A stretch of 64,000 bases of DNA from positions 1,088 through 65,087 of the forward strand of contig NJEG01000018.1 in assembly GCA_002254565.1 (NCBI GenBank), written 5' to 3'. Under the pieces are notes generated by a model. That model ran no database searches and was not told where the DNA came from. It was given only the letters and a program-made list of their open reading frames with translations. The position numbers and the translations under genes are program-made. This document shows, piece by piece, positions 36,092 through 44,981 of the stretch. This DNA is from Candidatus Altiarchaeales archaeon ex4484_2. Its GTDB lineage: Archaea; Altiarchaeota; Altiarchaeia; IMC4; QMZM01. Position 1 is the stretch's first letter. Each line of letters opens with the position of its first letter.

Positions 36092-38152
36092 CAGTTTCTT
36101 TCTCCTAGCTAACTCAAAAAGGAGAGCAAGAGCAGCTAAGATAATCAAAACAGAAGCAAGGTGCATATAGAAAGCCCATTTCTCTCTCTCCCCCGAGTGT
36201 ATCTCTTTTATTTTATCCAATTGCCTATCACACTCATCAATGCCTTCCTCATAAGCCAACTCCACGTAAATATCCTTAGCCAGCTCAAGATAGGTGGTTG
36301 CATTGACGTAGTCCTCTGAATCAAAATACTCTCCCCCAGTATCCAGGTAACTTTGCGCCTGCCGGTGCTTAACTGACACATTAATTATATGCTCTGCATG
36401 TCTTGATTCGTTCAAATAGCCAATAGAGCGGAAATCATCTCTAGCTGCTCTAGCATACACTGTAGCGTTTTCGTAGAATCTTCCCTCCAAAAAGGATTCC
36501 GCCTTCTCCAAGTTTACATCCGCATCAATCAAGATTTTTGCCGTGGATATAACCTCCAGCGTGCTCTCAACCCCTGTGGTTTCGTTCAGCTTAGAGTATA
36601 TGTATTGGGACTCTTGCGCGTACAGTATCGAATTCTCGTAGTCCTTGGATTCCAGATGCTGTAGTGATGAGGTATACAGGGTATCTGCGTAGCGGCTCCA
36701 TGACTTCCTGATTTCCTGCACTAAATCATCCGCCCTCAGAATCCCCCCCCGATCGTCCGCATCAAAGAAGATATCTAAGGATATCTCTGCATACGATAAT
36801 GCGGTCTCATATTTTCCTTCTTCCATATAATCGCTTGCATCATTATAGAATTTCTCCGCCTTCAAGCTCTTGTTTTGGGGGGGGGTATATTTCTCGCACT
36901 CGTTTATTATGAGATGGCATCGTAGGATGCCTTCATCGAACCCAATATCCAGGAATAAATCACGGCACTTTCTAGCATACTCCAGGGCTTTCTCACAGTT
37001 CCCTTCAGTGAGGTAATAGGCTCTGGCATTCTTGAAAAAGTATTGCCCGTCACTGTAGACAATGAAGTCAGGGTTTATTTCATAGAGATAAATGTTGCTG
37101 CTGGTTGCGACAGCAAGATACCTTGAAACACCCCCCCTGGAGTAGACATAGACTGCATTAATGTGGTCCCCCAATACATTCTCAACCCTGAGGTTTCCTA
37201 CCTCATCCAATGAATATATTATCTTGTTCGTTACTATAAGGGTGCGGGCGAATTTATCACTTTTGAATTCCAGGATGGACGAGTCCACCAGACCCTCCAG
37301 CTCCTTTTCATGGAGGATGTTCATGTTCCGGTCAAACAACAGAAAGGTGTCGTCTTCTCTTAAGGCAACAATCTCGTCCAAGCCGTCAGTGTTCACGTCA
37401 CCTGAATCCACCTTAAAAATCCGCTTGTTTGTGTTAAGTAAAGGCTTGACTACACCATTCTCTAGGGTATAGATCCCCTTGAAGGTCCCAAAGACCGCTC
37501 CCTCCAGCGTGTTCTCTCGCTTCAGGGCCATATCCCACACCGCCCCGTCAAACACGTACTTATTCAGCAGGGCGCCATATCTGTCCAGCACGTAGACTTT
37601 GGAGTCAAGGGATGCTACAACCACATTCCTGTTAATGAAACGGATGTCTGAGGGTATGTCACCCATTAGATAATCCCACCGGTATTTGGTATCATATTCC
37701 GTTACCACCGAACCTTCCATCTCGAAGTAGTACACCCGCTCCTCAACGAAGCTGGTACCCTTCATGCTTGAGCCGGCTATTATATCCAGGCTACCATCGC
37801 CGTCGAAGTCTCCTGGCATGAAATACATAATCTTTTCCTTAGCGTGTCTCTGGGGGGCTCCGCAGCCTATCATCTTCCTCTGAGCTATCTTATCCACCCA
37901 CGTCTTGTACTCCAGGTTGCCGTCCAGGTTTATTGCATAAATATAGCTTCTGACAACATCGAAGCTGGAGGCGTATATCTCCTCACTCCCGTCCTGATTG
38001 AAATCGTAGATGTAGACATCGTCTGATTGGAGGGGTACAGTCCACTTCAGTTTCAGGAGAGGGTACTGTTCCACATAATCCTGGGAAGTGCATTGATGAG
38101 AGAGGAACAGTATTGTAATTAAAAAAACTAAGCACCCCCTCCAGTACACCAT
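36020..38152 (-). CDS. exported FG-GAP-like beta-propeller plus TPR-like repeat protein with C-terminal TM anchor
   Basis: DFNQDGSEEIYASS, GDFDGDGSLDIIAGS and GDVNTDGLDEIVAL are FG-GAP/Ca-binding-like. Five units of about 45 aa with a Y..A..Y...A pattern. TM ASVLIILAALALLFEL. Confidence 0.6.
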   Translation of the reverse strand: MVYWRGCLVFLITILFLSHQCTSQDYVEQYPLLKLKWTVPLQSDDVYIYDFNQDGSEEIYASSFDVVRSYIYAINLDGNLEYKTWVDKIAQRKMIGCGAPQRHAKEKIMYFMPGDFDGDGSLDIIAGSSMKGTSFVEERVYYFEMEGSVVTEYDTKYRWDYLMGDIPSDIRFINRNVVVASLDSKVYVLDRYGALLNKYVFDGAVWDMALKRENTLEGAVFGTFKGIYTLENGVVKPLLNTNKRIFKVDSGDVNTDGLDEIVALREDDTFLLFDRNMNILHEKELEGLVDSSILEFKSDKFARTLIVTNKIIYSLDEVGNLRVENVLGDHINAVYVYSRGGVSRYLAVATSSNIYLYEINPDFIVYSDGQYFFKNARAYYLTEGNCEKALEYARKCRDLFLDIGFDEGILRCHLIINECEKYTPPQNKSLKAEKFYNDASDYMEEGKYETALSYAEISLDIFFDADDRGGILRADDLVQEIRKSWSRYADTLYTSSLQHLESKDYENSILYAQESQYIYSKLNETTGVESTLEVISTAKILIDADVNLEKAESFLEGRFYENATVYARAARDDFRSIGYLNESRHAEHIINVSVKHRQAQSYLDTGGEYFDSEDYVNATTYLELAKDIYVELAYEEGIDECDRQLDKIKEIHSGEREKWAFYMHLASVLIILAALALLFELARRKKLLDRYSNILKHDNNKRSRDAEQDD

Positions 38153-38162
38153 TTTTGTTTTT

Positions 38163-38549
38163 TTAGAGCTGAATGATTTTCCGCTGACCTAGAGCACCCA
38201 TAACCAACACCTCATTACCCTGTGATAGCTCTCCCTTATAATCTTTGGGCACAGGCAACTCAAATGTTTCATAGGATGTCATATCCATCAACTGGACATT
38301 ACCTCCAACCACATTAAGCACCTGGCATGTGTCTTTGCTGATTATAGGTATCTCCACCTTCTGACTAACCGGGCCCATTATGTTCCTTTTCTGGTCATCA
38401 AATATGCCCACAGCCTCCAACCGAGCCTTCATCCCACCGTGTTTACCGGGCTTGGATTTGGTTATCTTCGACACCCTGCAAGCCTCTCCGTCGATTATCA
38501 CGTATTTACCTTCCTTCAAGTCCTTTATGGTACCAATCTGCTTACTCAT
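38163..38549 (-). CDS. eif5a: translation initiation factor 5A
   Basis: Hypusination loop SKPGKHGGMKA. 128 aa. Confidence 0.9.
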   Translation of the reverse strand: MSKQIGTIKDLKEGKYVIIDGEACRVSKITKSKPGKHGGMKARLEAVGIFDDQKRNIMGPVSQKVEIPIISKDTCQVLNVVGGNVQLMDMTSYETFELPVPKDYKGELSQGNEVLVMGALGQRKIIQL

Positions 38550-38821
38550 TTTTTTACATCAACACAAGAAATTTATGAAGTAAATTTCTTGATTATTATG
38601 AAGTTATAATTCAAAAATAAAAGAATAGATTAATAATAAGAATAGAGAATAAAATAGGTTAATATGCTATGGGGGAAAAATAGTTATGGTTGCTCCAGAA
38701 GGCATGATGTGCTAATAGACTCTGGATATAGGGTGGAACATCATATATTCAGGAGGTAAGCGAAATTACTACCTGTACCAGGTAATCTGGTGCAGATTTA
38801 CCCTGATCACCCCAAGTTAAC

Positions 38822-39662
38822 ATGGCTCAATTAAGCAAAAAATTATTTGGTCTGTTGTTGATTGCTGTGGTCTTGTTCTGTTCAGGTTGTGCGGAAAAAA
38901 GACAAACAGAAACCACCCTTGGCCCGGGCGATTACAGTTTCACAATTGAACATCAGGGAATAGAAAGATTTTATTTAATGCATGTTCCAGAGGGTTATGA
39001 CGAAAACAATCCAACTCCTCTTGTTTTTGCGTTTCATGGAAGACTAGGGAATGGGAGGTATATGAAAGAAAATTATAATTTCCTAGAGGAATCAAATAAA
39101 AAAGGATTTATTGTTGTTTTTCCGGTGATAGATTTGCATCGTGGAATGCTGGGAAATGCTGTGCATATGCTTTCGAAAGCAACAGCGATGATGTTGGATT
39201 TGTGAAAAAAATTCTGGAGGATATAAAAAATAATTTTAATGTTGATGAAAACAGGATTTATGCAACAGGCATGTCTAATGGAGCAAGATTCTCATACAGG
39301 CTTGCCTGTGAAATGAGCGATACATTCGCTGCAATCGCAGCTGTTTCCGGGGTGAAAAGCACCATCTCATGCAATCCCTCAAGACCAATACCTATCCTGC
39401 ATTTGAAAGAAATCAATGTAATAATGAAAAAACAAGAGTCCTTGAAGTCGGAGGCGCATACTGTGACTCCTACAGTAACTGCGCAGGAGACAGCGAAGTC
39501 AGATTATGTGTTACAACTGAAGGGGGGCATTCATGGCCCGGAGGAAGTAAACCAAGAGAAGGAGCAGACACCCCCTCAACAGCCATTAATGCAACAGAAA
39601 TAATCTGGGAGTTTTTTGAGAAACTCCCACACGACATCGTCGGCGTTTATGTCATCACTTAA
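38822..39662 (+). pseudogene. PHB-depolymerase-family esterase (LpqC/COG3509-like) lipoprotein, disrupted by two frameshifts
   Basis: Three consecutive frames carry the family blocks. Frame 1 has lipobox LFCSGC...FAFHG...GFIVVFP. Frame 2 has SWNAGKCC...DDVGFV...RIYATGMSNG...CNPSRPIP. Frame 3 has EGGHSWPGG...IIWEFFEKLP. The first shift is at a GG/GGG run near 39128. Confidence 0.7.
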
Positions 39663-40526
39663 AGCTCCCACCGTCTTCTTCCACAACCTGCATATATAAC
39701 CATTAGGATATGTTTTACATGCCTCAGGACTATATGTCGTACGGCCAGGCCAGGCATGTCCCATACCCCCTATTGTGCATAAAGTAACTTCCGCATTGTC
39801 TTGGCATTCCTGGTAGGTAACGCAGGTAGCGTTTCTATTTCGAAAGGTAATCTCTGTCCTATCTGAGCATCCGTTGATTTGCTTCCATTGATCAATATAG
39901 TTTCGCACTGAAGTACAGTCCCATAGTTTACCTGTTTCCACCGGTAACCCAATCTTGCTGAGGAATTCTGACATGCATCCTCCACACTCACCGCCCTCGT
40001 AAAAAGCACATGGATCTTCGGTTCCATGAAAATGCATTACCGGAACCGGTCTTGATGGGTTACATTCATCAAATGCGTCATGGCCGCCGCTTGGAGCAAT
40101 CGCAGCAATCTTGTCAGCTAACTCACAGGCTAATCTGTAAACCATCAGCGCTCCGTTGGACATCCCGATAGCGTAAACCCTGTTTTCGTCAATACTGAAA
40201 TCATCCTCCAGTTTCCCTATCATCTCTCTAATAAACCCTACATCATCAACATTATTGTCTGCTGCGGGAGGGCAGCATCTGCCCGCATTCTATGAACCGA
40301 ATATTTTTCCAAATACTTTTTTCCCAGTTCCTTCAGGGTACACAACAATGAATCCCTCTTCATTGGATTTATCATTCAACCCGAAATACTCGACACTGCC
40401 TTCAGCGTTTCCGCCCCCGCCATGGAAGGCTATTACAGCAGGGATTGGGGTTTTATTATCATAAGAGGGAGGGACATGAACAATATATTTTCTCGTTAAG
40501 CCGTCATGCTGGATTGAAAAATCATT
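39576..40526 (-). pseudogene. second PHB-depolymerase-family esterase paralogue, 5'-truncated and with an in-frame TAG
   Basis: A single frame gives NDFSIQHDGLTRKYIVHVPP...AFHGGGG...GFIVVYP...GS*NAGRCC...VYAIGMSNG...GMGHAWPG...VVWEFLKKLP. The TAG at 40290-40292 replaces the conserved Trp. No start codon or signal peptide. Confidence 0.7.
39606..39629. repeat. 24-bp near-perfect palindrome TGGGAGTTTTTTGAGAAACTCCCA shared by the 3' ends of both esterase pseudogenes (9-bp stem, 6-nt loop hairpin)
   Basis: Read directly. The plus strand encodes WEFFEKLP and the minus strand encodes WEFLKKLP. Confidence 0.85.
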
Positions 40527-40619
40527 TTATGTGTTTTTATATTAATTGTTGCTGGGGGTGTTTACTGGTTTTTAAGCCAGCCAGCATCCTGCGGCGGTGA
40601 TCTTGACTGCCCTCCTCAG

Positions 40620-41387
40620 ATGAAGTGCGATAACTCTGTTTGTATCGATGTAGGTTGTGTTGGTGAGGGCGGCACAATCCCCAGAGCCATCTCACCAGAA
40701 TACAGAGAGCATATGGCAGCTGAATGCTGTGAGGGTCTTGAAGCAATAACCTACTCCGGATATTTCGACGAGAATTGTGGCCGTGTGCCGTTGGCGGGGG
40801 CTCCAGCAGGAATCTGCTCCAGATGCGGTAATGGAGTCTGTGACCAATGGGAGACGAAATGCAACTGCCCAGGAGACTGCATAGAAGAGGGATGTGTCGA
40901 AGTTGGAGAAGAGATATCTCCAAAAGAATATAGTCAAGGCGTTCGGTGCTGCTCTAGGCTGAAGAGGATAAATACGGGGCGGTACTTTTTTCCATGCAAC
41001 ACGCCTGGAGAATATGCTTGTGACGAGAATGGATGTTCAATACCTCCCCCAACATCAGATGAAGTTCCATGGTGGCAGTGCACTCCATGCGGCAATAAAA
41101 TTTGTGAATCCGAATACGGGGAGAATGGATGCAACTGCCCAGGAGACTGCACAGAAGCCAGCGGATGTGAGGCATTAACCTCAACAGAAAGGGATTTTTG
41201 CTACCAGAACAAGGCACTGAACACATCAGACGCCTCCTACTGTGATAAAATAACAGCTACCGACCCTTTTGTATCAAAAGATACTTGCTATAATCTCCTT
41301 GCTGCTAAAACCAAAAATAAAGCATTATGTGATAAAATCCAGCAACCGGAAATAAGAAGGAATTGCTTAGAGAATGTTCAACAATGA
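40620..41387 (+). CDS. Cys-rich secreted-type protein with two CGNxxC...NCPGDC modules; the true start is uncertain
   Basis: CSRCGNGVCDQWETKCNCPGDC and CTPCGNKICESEYGENGCNCPGDC. The frame is open from 40518 and encodes a TM/signal-like KIILCVFILIVAGGVYWFL with no in-frame start codon. Confidence 0.5.
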   Translation: MKCDNSVCIDVGCVGEGGTIPRAISPEYREHMAAECCEGLEAITYSGYFDENCGRVPLAGAPAGICSRCGNGVCDQWETKCNCPGDCIEEGCVEVGEEISPKEYSQGVRCCSRLKRINTGRYFFPCNTPGEYACDENGCSIPPPTSDEVPWWQCTPCGNKICESEYGENGCNCPGDCTEASGCEALTSTERDFCYQNKALNTSDASYCDKITATDPFVSKDTCYNLLAAKTKNKALCDKIQQPEIRRNCLENVQQ

Positions 41388-41402
41388 GATAAGATAAACA
41401 CG

Positions 41403-41908
41403 AGAAAACCGTCTTTAATATTATTGATATCAATCGTTTTTCTTCTTATTCCTCAATATGCTGGAGCACAAAATAATTGTAATGGTTTAGCCTCCATAAC
41501 AGTCGCAACAGATAAGGAAACCTATACAGCAGAGGATATGTTTGAAACTTAATTTGTTTGCGGCAACGGCATCTGCGAGCAGTGGGAGATAAAATGCAAT
41601 TGCCCGGAGGACTGCGGAAATTGTTCTGAATTGGGCTCTGTCAATGTAACAGTAAACTAAGACACATACACTTTCGGCGAAACAACAACAGGCTCTATTT
41701 CAGTGGAAAACAAGCAGAATACAGCCTTACACTCACTGCGGGAGGAGTGTGGGAAACATCCGCATTCAAACCCTCCAACGGAAACTATCGCGGTGAAGAA
41801 GAATGGAAGGAGGTGATAGAGTTACTAGAAAGAGATAACAACGGAGAATTATATACAGTCCAGAATGTTCATCTTAGCAGCTATCTTTTAGTCAGGCGAT
41901 AATCCTCC
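41403..41908 (+). pseudogene. decayed secreted Cys-rich/CARDB-like gene (two in-frame TAA stops plus one frameshift)
   Basis: One frame reads signal-like SLILLISIVFLLIPQYAGAQ...VATDKETYTAEDMFET*FVCGNGICEQWEIKCNCPEDCG...VNVTVN*DTYTFGETTTGSISVENK. It then shifts to ...EYSLTLTAGGVWETSAFKPSNGNY...LYTVQNVHL. Confidence 0.45.
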
Positions 41909-41984
41909 AACCAGTAAGCGGGGTTGTTTTATTATCTGGTTGAAGTGGTTTCTTCTTTTAATCAGGGAATCGAATATTATCTTT

Positions 41985-42464
41985 ATGCCCGATAATAGAC
42001 CGTCATGGGATGTTTATTTCTCAGAGATCACAAGAAAGGTTGCAACGCGTTCAACCTGTATAAAAAGGAGGATTGGAGCAGTCATAGTCAACGAGAAACA
42101 TGAGATTGTTGCCACAGGATATAATGGTGTGGTCAGGGGAGCCCCACATTGTCTGGATATCGGCTGTATCAAAGACGAAAAAAATATAGCAAGCGGTACG
42201 GGACATGAGATTTGTCCTGCGGTTCATGCAGAACAGAATGCCCTGATACAGGCAGGTAGAAACAGCCTAAACTGTACATTATATGTCAACGCCTTCCCCT
42301 GCAAGATTTGTGCGAGATTAATTGTTAACGCAGGCATAAACAGGGTAGTTACCAGCGGAGAGTACACCGATGAAGAAGGACTGGATATACTGAAGAATGC
42401 CGGAGTCACCATCACCCACATAGGATTAGGGGATAGAAACGATGTCGTTGGGAATGAAAAATAG
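41985..42464 (+). CDS. dCMP deaminase (ComEB-like)
   Basis: Zinc motifs HAEQNAL and PCKICARLI. Confidence 0.85.
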   Translation: MPDNRPSWDVYFSEITRKVATRSTCIKRRIGAVIVNEKHEIVATGYNGVVRGAPHCLDIGCIKDEKNIASGTGHEICPAVHAEQNALIQAGRNSLNCTLYVNAFPCKICARLIVNAGINRVVTSGEYTDEEGLDILKNAGVTITHIGLGDRNDVVGNEK

Positions 42465-42496
42465 AGATACCACAACAGCAAACACTTTAAATGAAA

Positions 42497-42530
42497 TACC
42501 TAATTATTTGGTAGTTTACCTAATTATTTG
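42497..42530. promoter_or_regulatory. two direct 14-bp repeats TACCTAATTATTTG spaced 20 bp start to start, upstream of the ACT-hom operon
   Basis: Read directly (42497-42510 and 42517-42530). A partial third AAATACC follows at 42534-42540. Confidence 0.35.
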
Positions 42531-42582
42531 TTAAAATACCAGACGGGTGTTATTCTTTAACTCCCACTTCCTATTTTTAGAT

Positions 42583-43077
42583 ATGAAAGTCGAGATGGAG
42601 ATGGGTTTGAAGGACGTTCCAGGCAGCCTTCTCAGATCACTTACGCCCATCTCAAAACACGGAGGCAACATCCTGAGCGTGCTGCACCACAGAGGCGAAG
42701 CTAATCTGGTGAAGGTTAAGATAGTCTTTGAGATAAAAGACCAGAAAAGCCTGGAATTGATACAGAAGTCTCTGAGAGAGTATAGAATAAATATGTCAGA
42801 GATTTTTGTTGAGGGCAGGAGATACTACGAGAAAAAAACCCTATCATTCATATTAATAGGTCACGTAATAGACTCGGACATAAGAGATACCATAGACCGG
42901 ATAAACGAGATAGGATGCGTCTCGGATGTGGACGTGGTGATGCCCGATCCCAAAAAGAAATCATCTGTCCTGATGAAGGCGGATGTAGATAACGGGAGCC
43001 TGGATAAAGCAGTTACCGTAATAGAAGAACTATGCAGGAAAAAGAACCTGTTTTTTATTCATTCACTAGAGAAATGA
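42583..43077 (+). CDS. ACT-domain protein
   Basis: MKVEMEMGLKDVPGSLLRSLTPISKHGGNILSV is an ACT-like beta-alpha-beta. ATGA overlap with hom. Confidence 0.6.
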   Translation: MKVEMEMGLKDVPGSLLRSLTPISKHGGNILSVLHHRGEANLVKVKIVFEIKDQKSLELIQKSLREYRINMSEIFVEGRRYYEKKTLSFILIGHVIDSDIRDTIDRINEIGCVSDVDVVMPDPKKKSSVLMKADVDNGSLDKAVTVIEELCRKKNLFFIHSLEK

Positions 43078-44075
43078 AAAAAATAAAGCTTGTTATTGTG
43101 GGATTGGGGGTAATCGGTAGAGGGGTTATAGAGATACTCTTGGAAAAGAAGGAATTCCTCAGGGATATGGGATTGGATTTGAAGGTCGTTGCCTTATGTG
43201 AGGTAGATGGCAGCATAGTCTCTGATGAGGGGATTGATCTAAAGAAAACCCTTGAGCTTGCGGGCAGGGGGGAACTTGATAAACACAAGCAGTGGAGTAA
43301 CAGCAAGAGTATTGAGATTCTGGGAGAGGTTAAAGCAGATATTGTTTTAGAGCTGACCCCGGGGAACATAGAAAACGGGGAACCAGGATACAGCCACATA
43401 AAAGGGGCCCTGAAAAATGGAATGCATGTTGTCACCTCCAACAAGCCGCCAATAGCATTACATTACAGGGAATTACATGAACTCGCAAGAGGGGAAAATC
43501 TGGAACTGCGGTATGAAGCCGCTGTTGGAGGGGCTATTCCAATACTAAACCTGCACCAGAAATGCCTGCAGATTAATGAGGTAGAATCTATCTACGGCAT
43601 ACTTAACGGAACCACAAACTATGTCCTGAGCAAGATGGTAGAGGACGGCCTAAGCCTGGAGAATGCATTAAACGAGGCTAAAGAGCTGGGTATAGCGGAA
43701 CAGGACCCGTCATACGACATCGACGGAGTGGATACTGCACTGAAGGTGGTAATATTAGCTAATTCCATACTGGATATGAACGTTGAATTTGGAGGTATGA
43801 AGATTAGGGGTATACGGGATGTAACCCCCGAATCGGTGGAGTTGGCGAAGAAACACGGGTACGTTATTAAATTAATTGGTGATGTGCGCCGTATGGAGGT
43901 TTCACCCCGCCTCATACCCGTAGACCACCCACTGAATGTGTCAGACAGCCTTAATGCTGTCATGATAGACTCTGATGTTGCCGGAGAACTGACCCTCGTA
44001 GGGCATGGTGCAGGCGCCAGAGAAACCAGCAGCTCGATTTACTCTGACGTTATTGACATCGCAGCAGGGATATGA
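43074..44075 (+). CDS. hom: homoserine dehydrogenase
   Basis: N-terminal VGLGVIGRGV NAD fold. Catalytic domain with GILNGTTNY and AKELGIAEQDPSYDIDGVD. Confidence 0.85.
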   Translation: MKKIKLVIVGLGVIGRGVIEILLEKKEFLRDMGLDLKVVALCEVDGSIVSDEGIDLKKTLELAGRGELDKHKQWSNSKSIEILGEVKADIVLELTPGNIENGEPGYSHIKGALKNGMHVVTSNKPPIALHYRELHELARGENLELRYEAAVGGAIPILNLHQKCLQINEVESIYGILNGTTNYVLSKMVEDGLSLENALNEAKELGIAEQDPSYDIDGVDTALKVVILANSILDMNVEFGGMKIRGIRDVTPESVELAKKHGYVIKLIGDVRRMEVSPRLIPVDHPLNVSDSLNAVMIDSDVAGELTLVGHGAGARETSSSIYSDVIDIAAGI

Positions 44076-44272
44076 TAGTCTGCTACCATGGATCCCATGT
44101 CAGGACGCATACTTAACAGGGATACTATCCCGTAATCCGTAGTGGACGATGTAGGAATACACGATAGATTATCAAGCCACCCATACTCTAGAGGATAAGG
44201 CCAGACACTATAGCATTGCAGACAACAAAACACGATACATCCCAGAGCCCATCGTTCTAAAAACCCAAGAAA

Positions 44273-44884
44273 TTACTTTAGTTTCCTGTTTTTGGCTCTT
44301 AAGCTGGGTCTGGCTTTCTCAGCACCCTTCCCTTTCCGGGTGAGGCCCCTGCCCGTTTTACCCGCAGGAGTTAAGCCCCTAAAGACCCGGTTCCGGTGTT
44401 TACTGCTGCATATCCAGTTAATCTCGTCATCTCCCTCAATAACCGGATGGTTTGGGTCCACCAAGACCACCTCATACCACCTATACTGCCCGTCCTCCCA
44501 CAGCCAGTAAGACCCCAAAACCTCCATATTAGTGTAATGTTTCTGGGCTCTTTCCTCAGCAATTCTCTGCTTGCTCTTACCGGGGGTGATCTTTAACTGT
44601 CCAGCCCTCTTCGGACGCCTGCCCTTTTTTGGCCTTGATCTACCCGTAATACCCTTCTTTATTCTCACCCGGGAGATGGTGAATCCCTGCTTAGCCTTAT
44701 AGCCGTAATGCCTGGCCCGATCGATTCTGGTAGGCTTATCAACCCGCACCACAGAGCGGCCTCTCCTCCACCGCTTCTTTCGCTCAATAAACAACTTCCT
44801 CAACTCCGGGTGCTCCAGGCTGGAATATCTCCTGCCAACATCCTTATATAATCCACTGATATATTTATGATAACCCATTTTCAA
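44273..44884 (-). CDS. rpl15e: 50S ribosomal protein L15e
   Basis: RVDKPTRIDRARHYGYKAKQGF...YEVVLVDPNHP pattern. Confidence 0.9.
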   Translation of the reverse strand: MKMGYHKYISGLYKDVGRRYSSLEHPELRKLFIERKKRWRRGRSVVRVDKPTRIDRARHYGYKAKQGFTISRVRIKKGITGRSRPKKGRRPKRAGQLKITPGKSKQRIAEERAQKHYTNMEVLGSYWLWEDGQYRWYEVVLVDPNHPVIEGDDEINWICSSKHRNRVFRGLTPAGKTGRGLTRKGKGAEKARPSLRAKNRKLK

Positions 44885-44981
44885 TGAGATAGTAGTATAT
44901 TGATTTAATTAGTCTAAATATTTATTATTTTATCAATAAAAATCATCGGTCTAGGTGGATAATGTGCCCATAAAAAGATTA

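Noticed and set aside
39560-39670. Esterase tail-to-tail junction considered as a fold-back (amplification) chimera.
   Set aside because: Outside the 24-bp palindrome the two arms are only moderately similar and encode diverged paralogues, so it is not the near-identical inverted duplication a fold-back artefact produces. Read-level confirmation is still needed.
40537-41226. Minus-strand track ORFs 40537..40923, 40692..40937, 40934..41152 and 40954..41226.
   Set aside because: They are antisense to the Cys-rich gene, whose CGNGxC...NCPGDC modules and internal DNA repeats give a coherent protein. The antisense translations lack features.
40290-41660. In-frame TAG (40290) and TAA (41550, 41658) considered as evidence for stop-codon reassignment.
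   Set aside because: All well-conserved genes in the window end at ordinary TAA/TAG/TGA codons at the expected protein ends. The affected genes carry other independent lesions (frameshifts, missing starts). Pseudogenisation is the simpler explanation.
44076-44272. 197-bp convergent spacer (and the 270-bp AT-rich spacer 38550-38821) screened for tRNA or other RNA genes.
   Set aside because: There is no cloverleaf-compatible arms or T-loop (GTTCRAAT-like) sequence, and only a trivial 5-bp hairpin (GGGATACTATCCC). Composition looks like ordinary terminator/promoter spacer.
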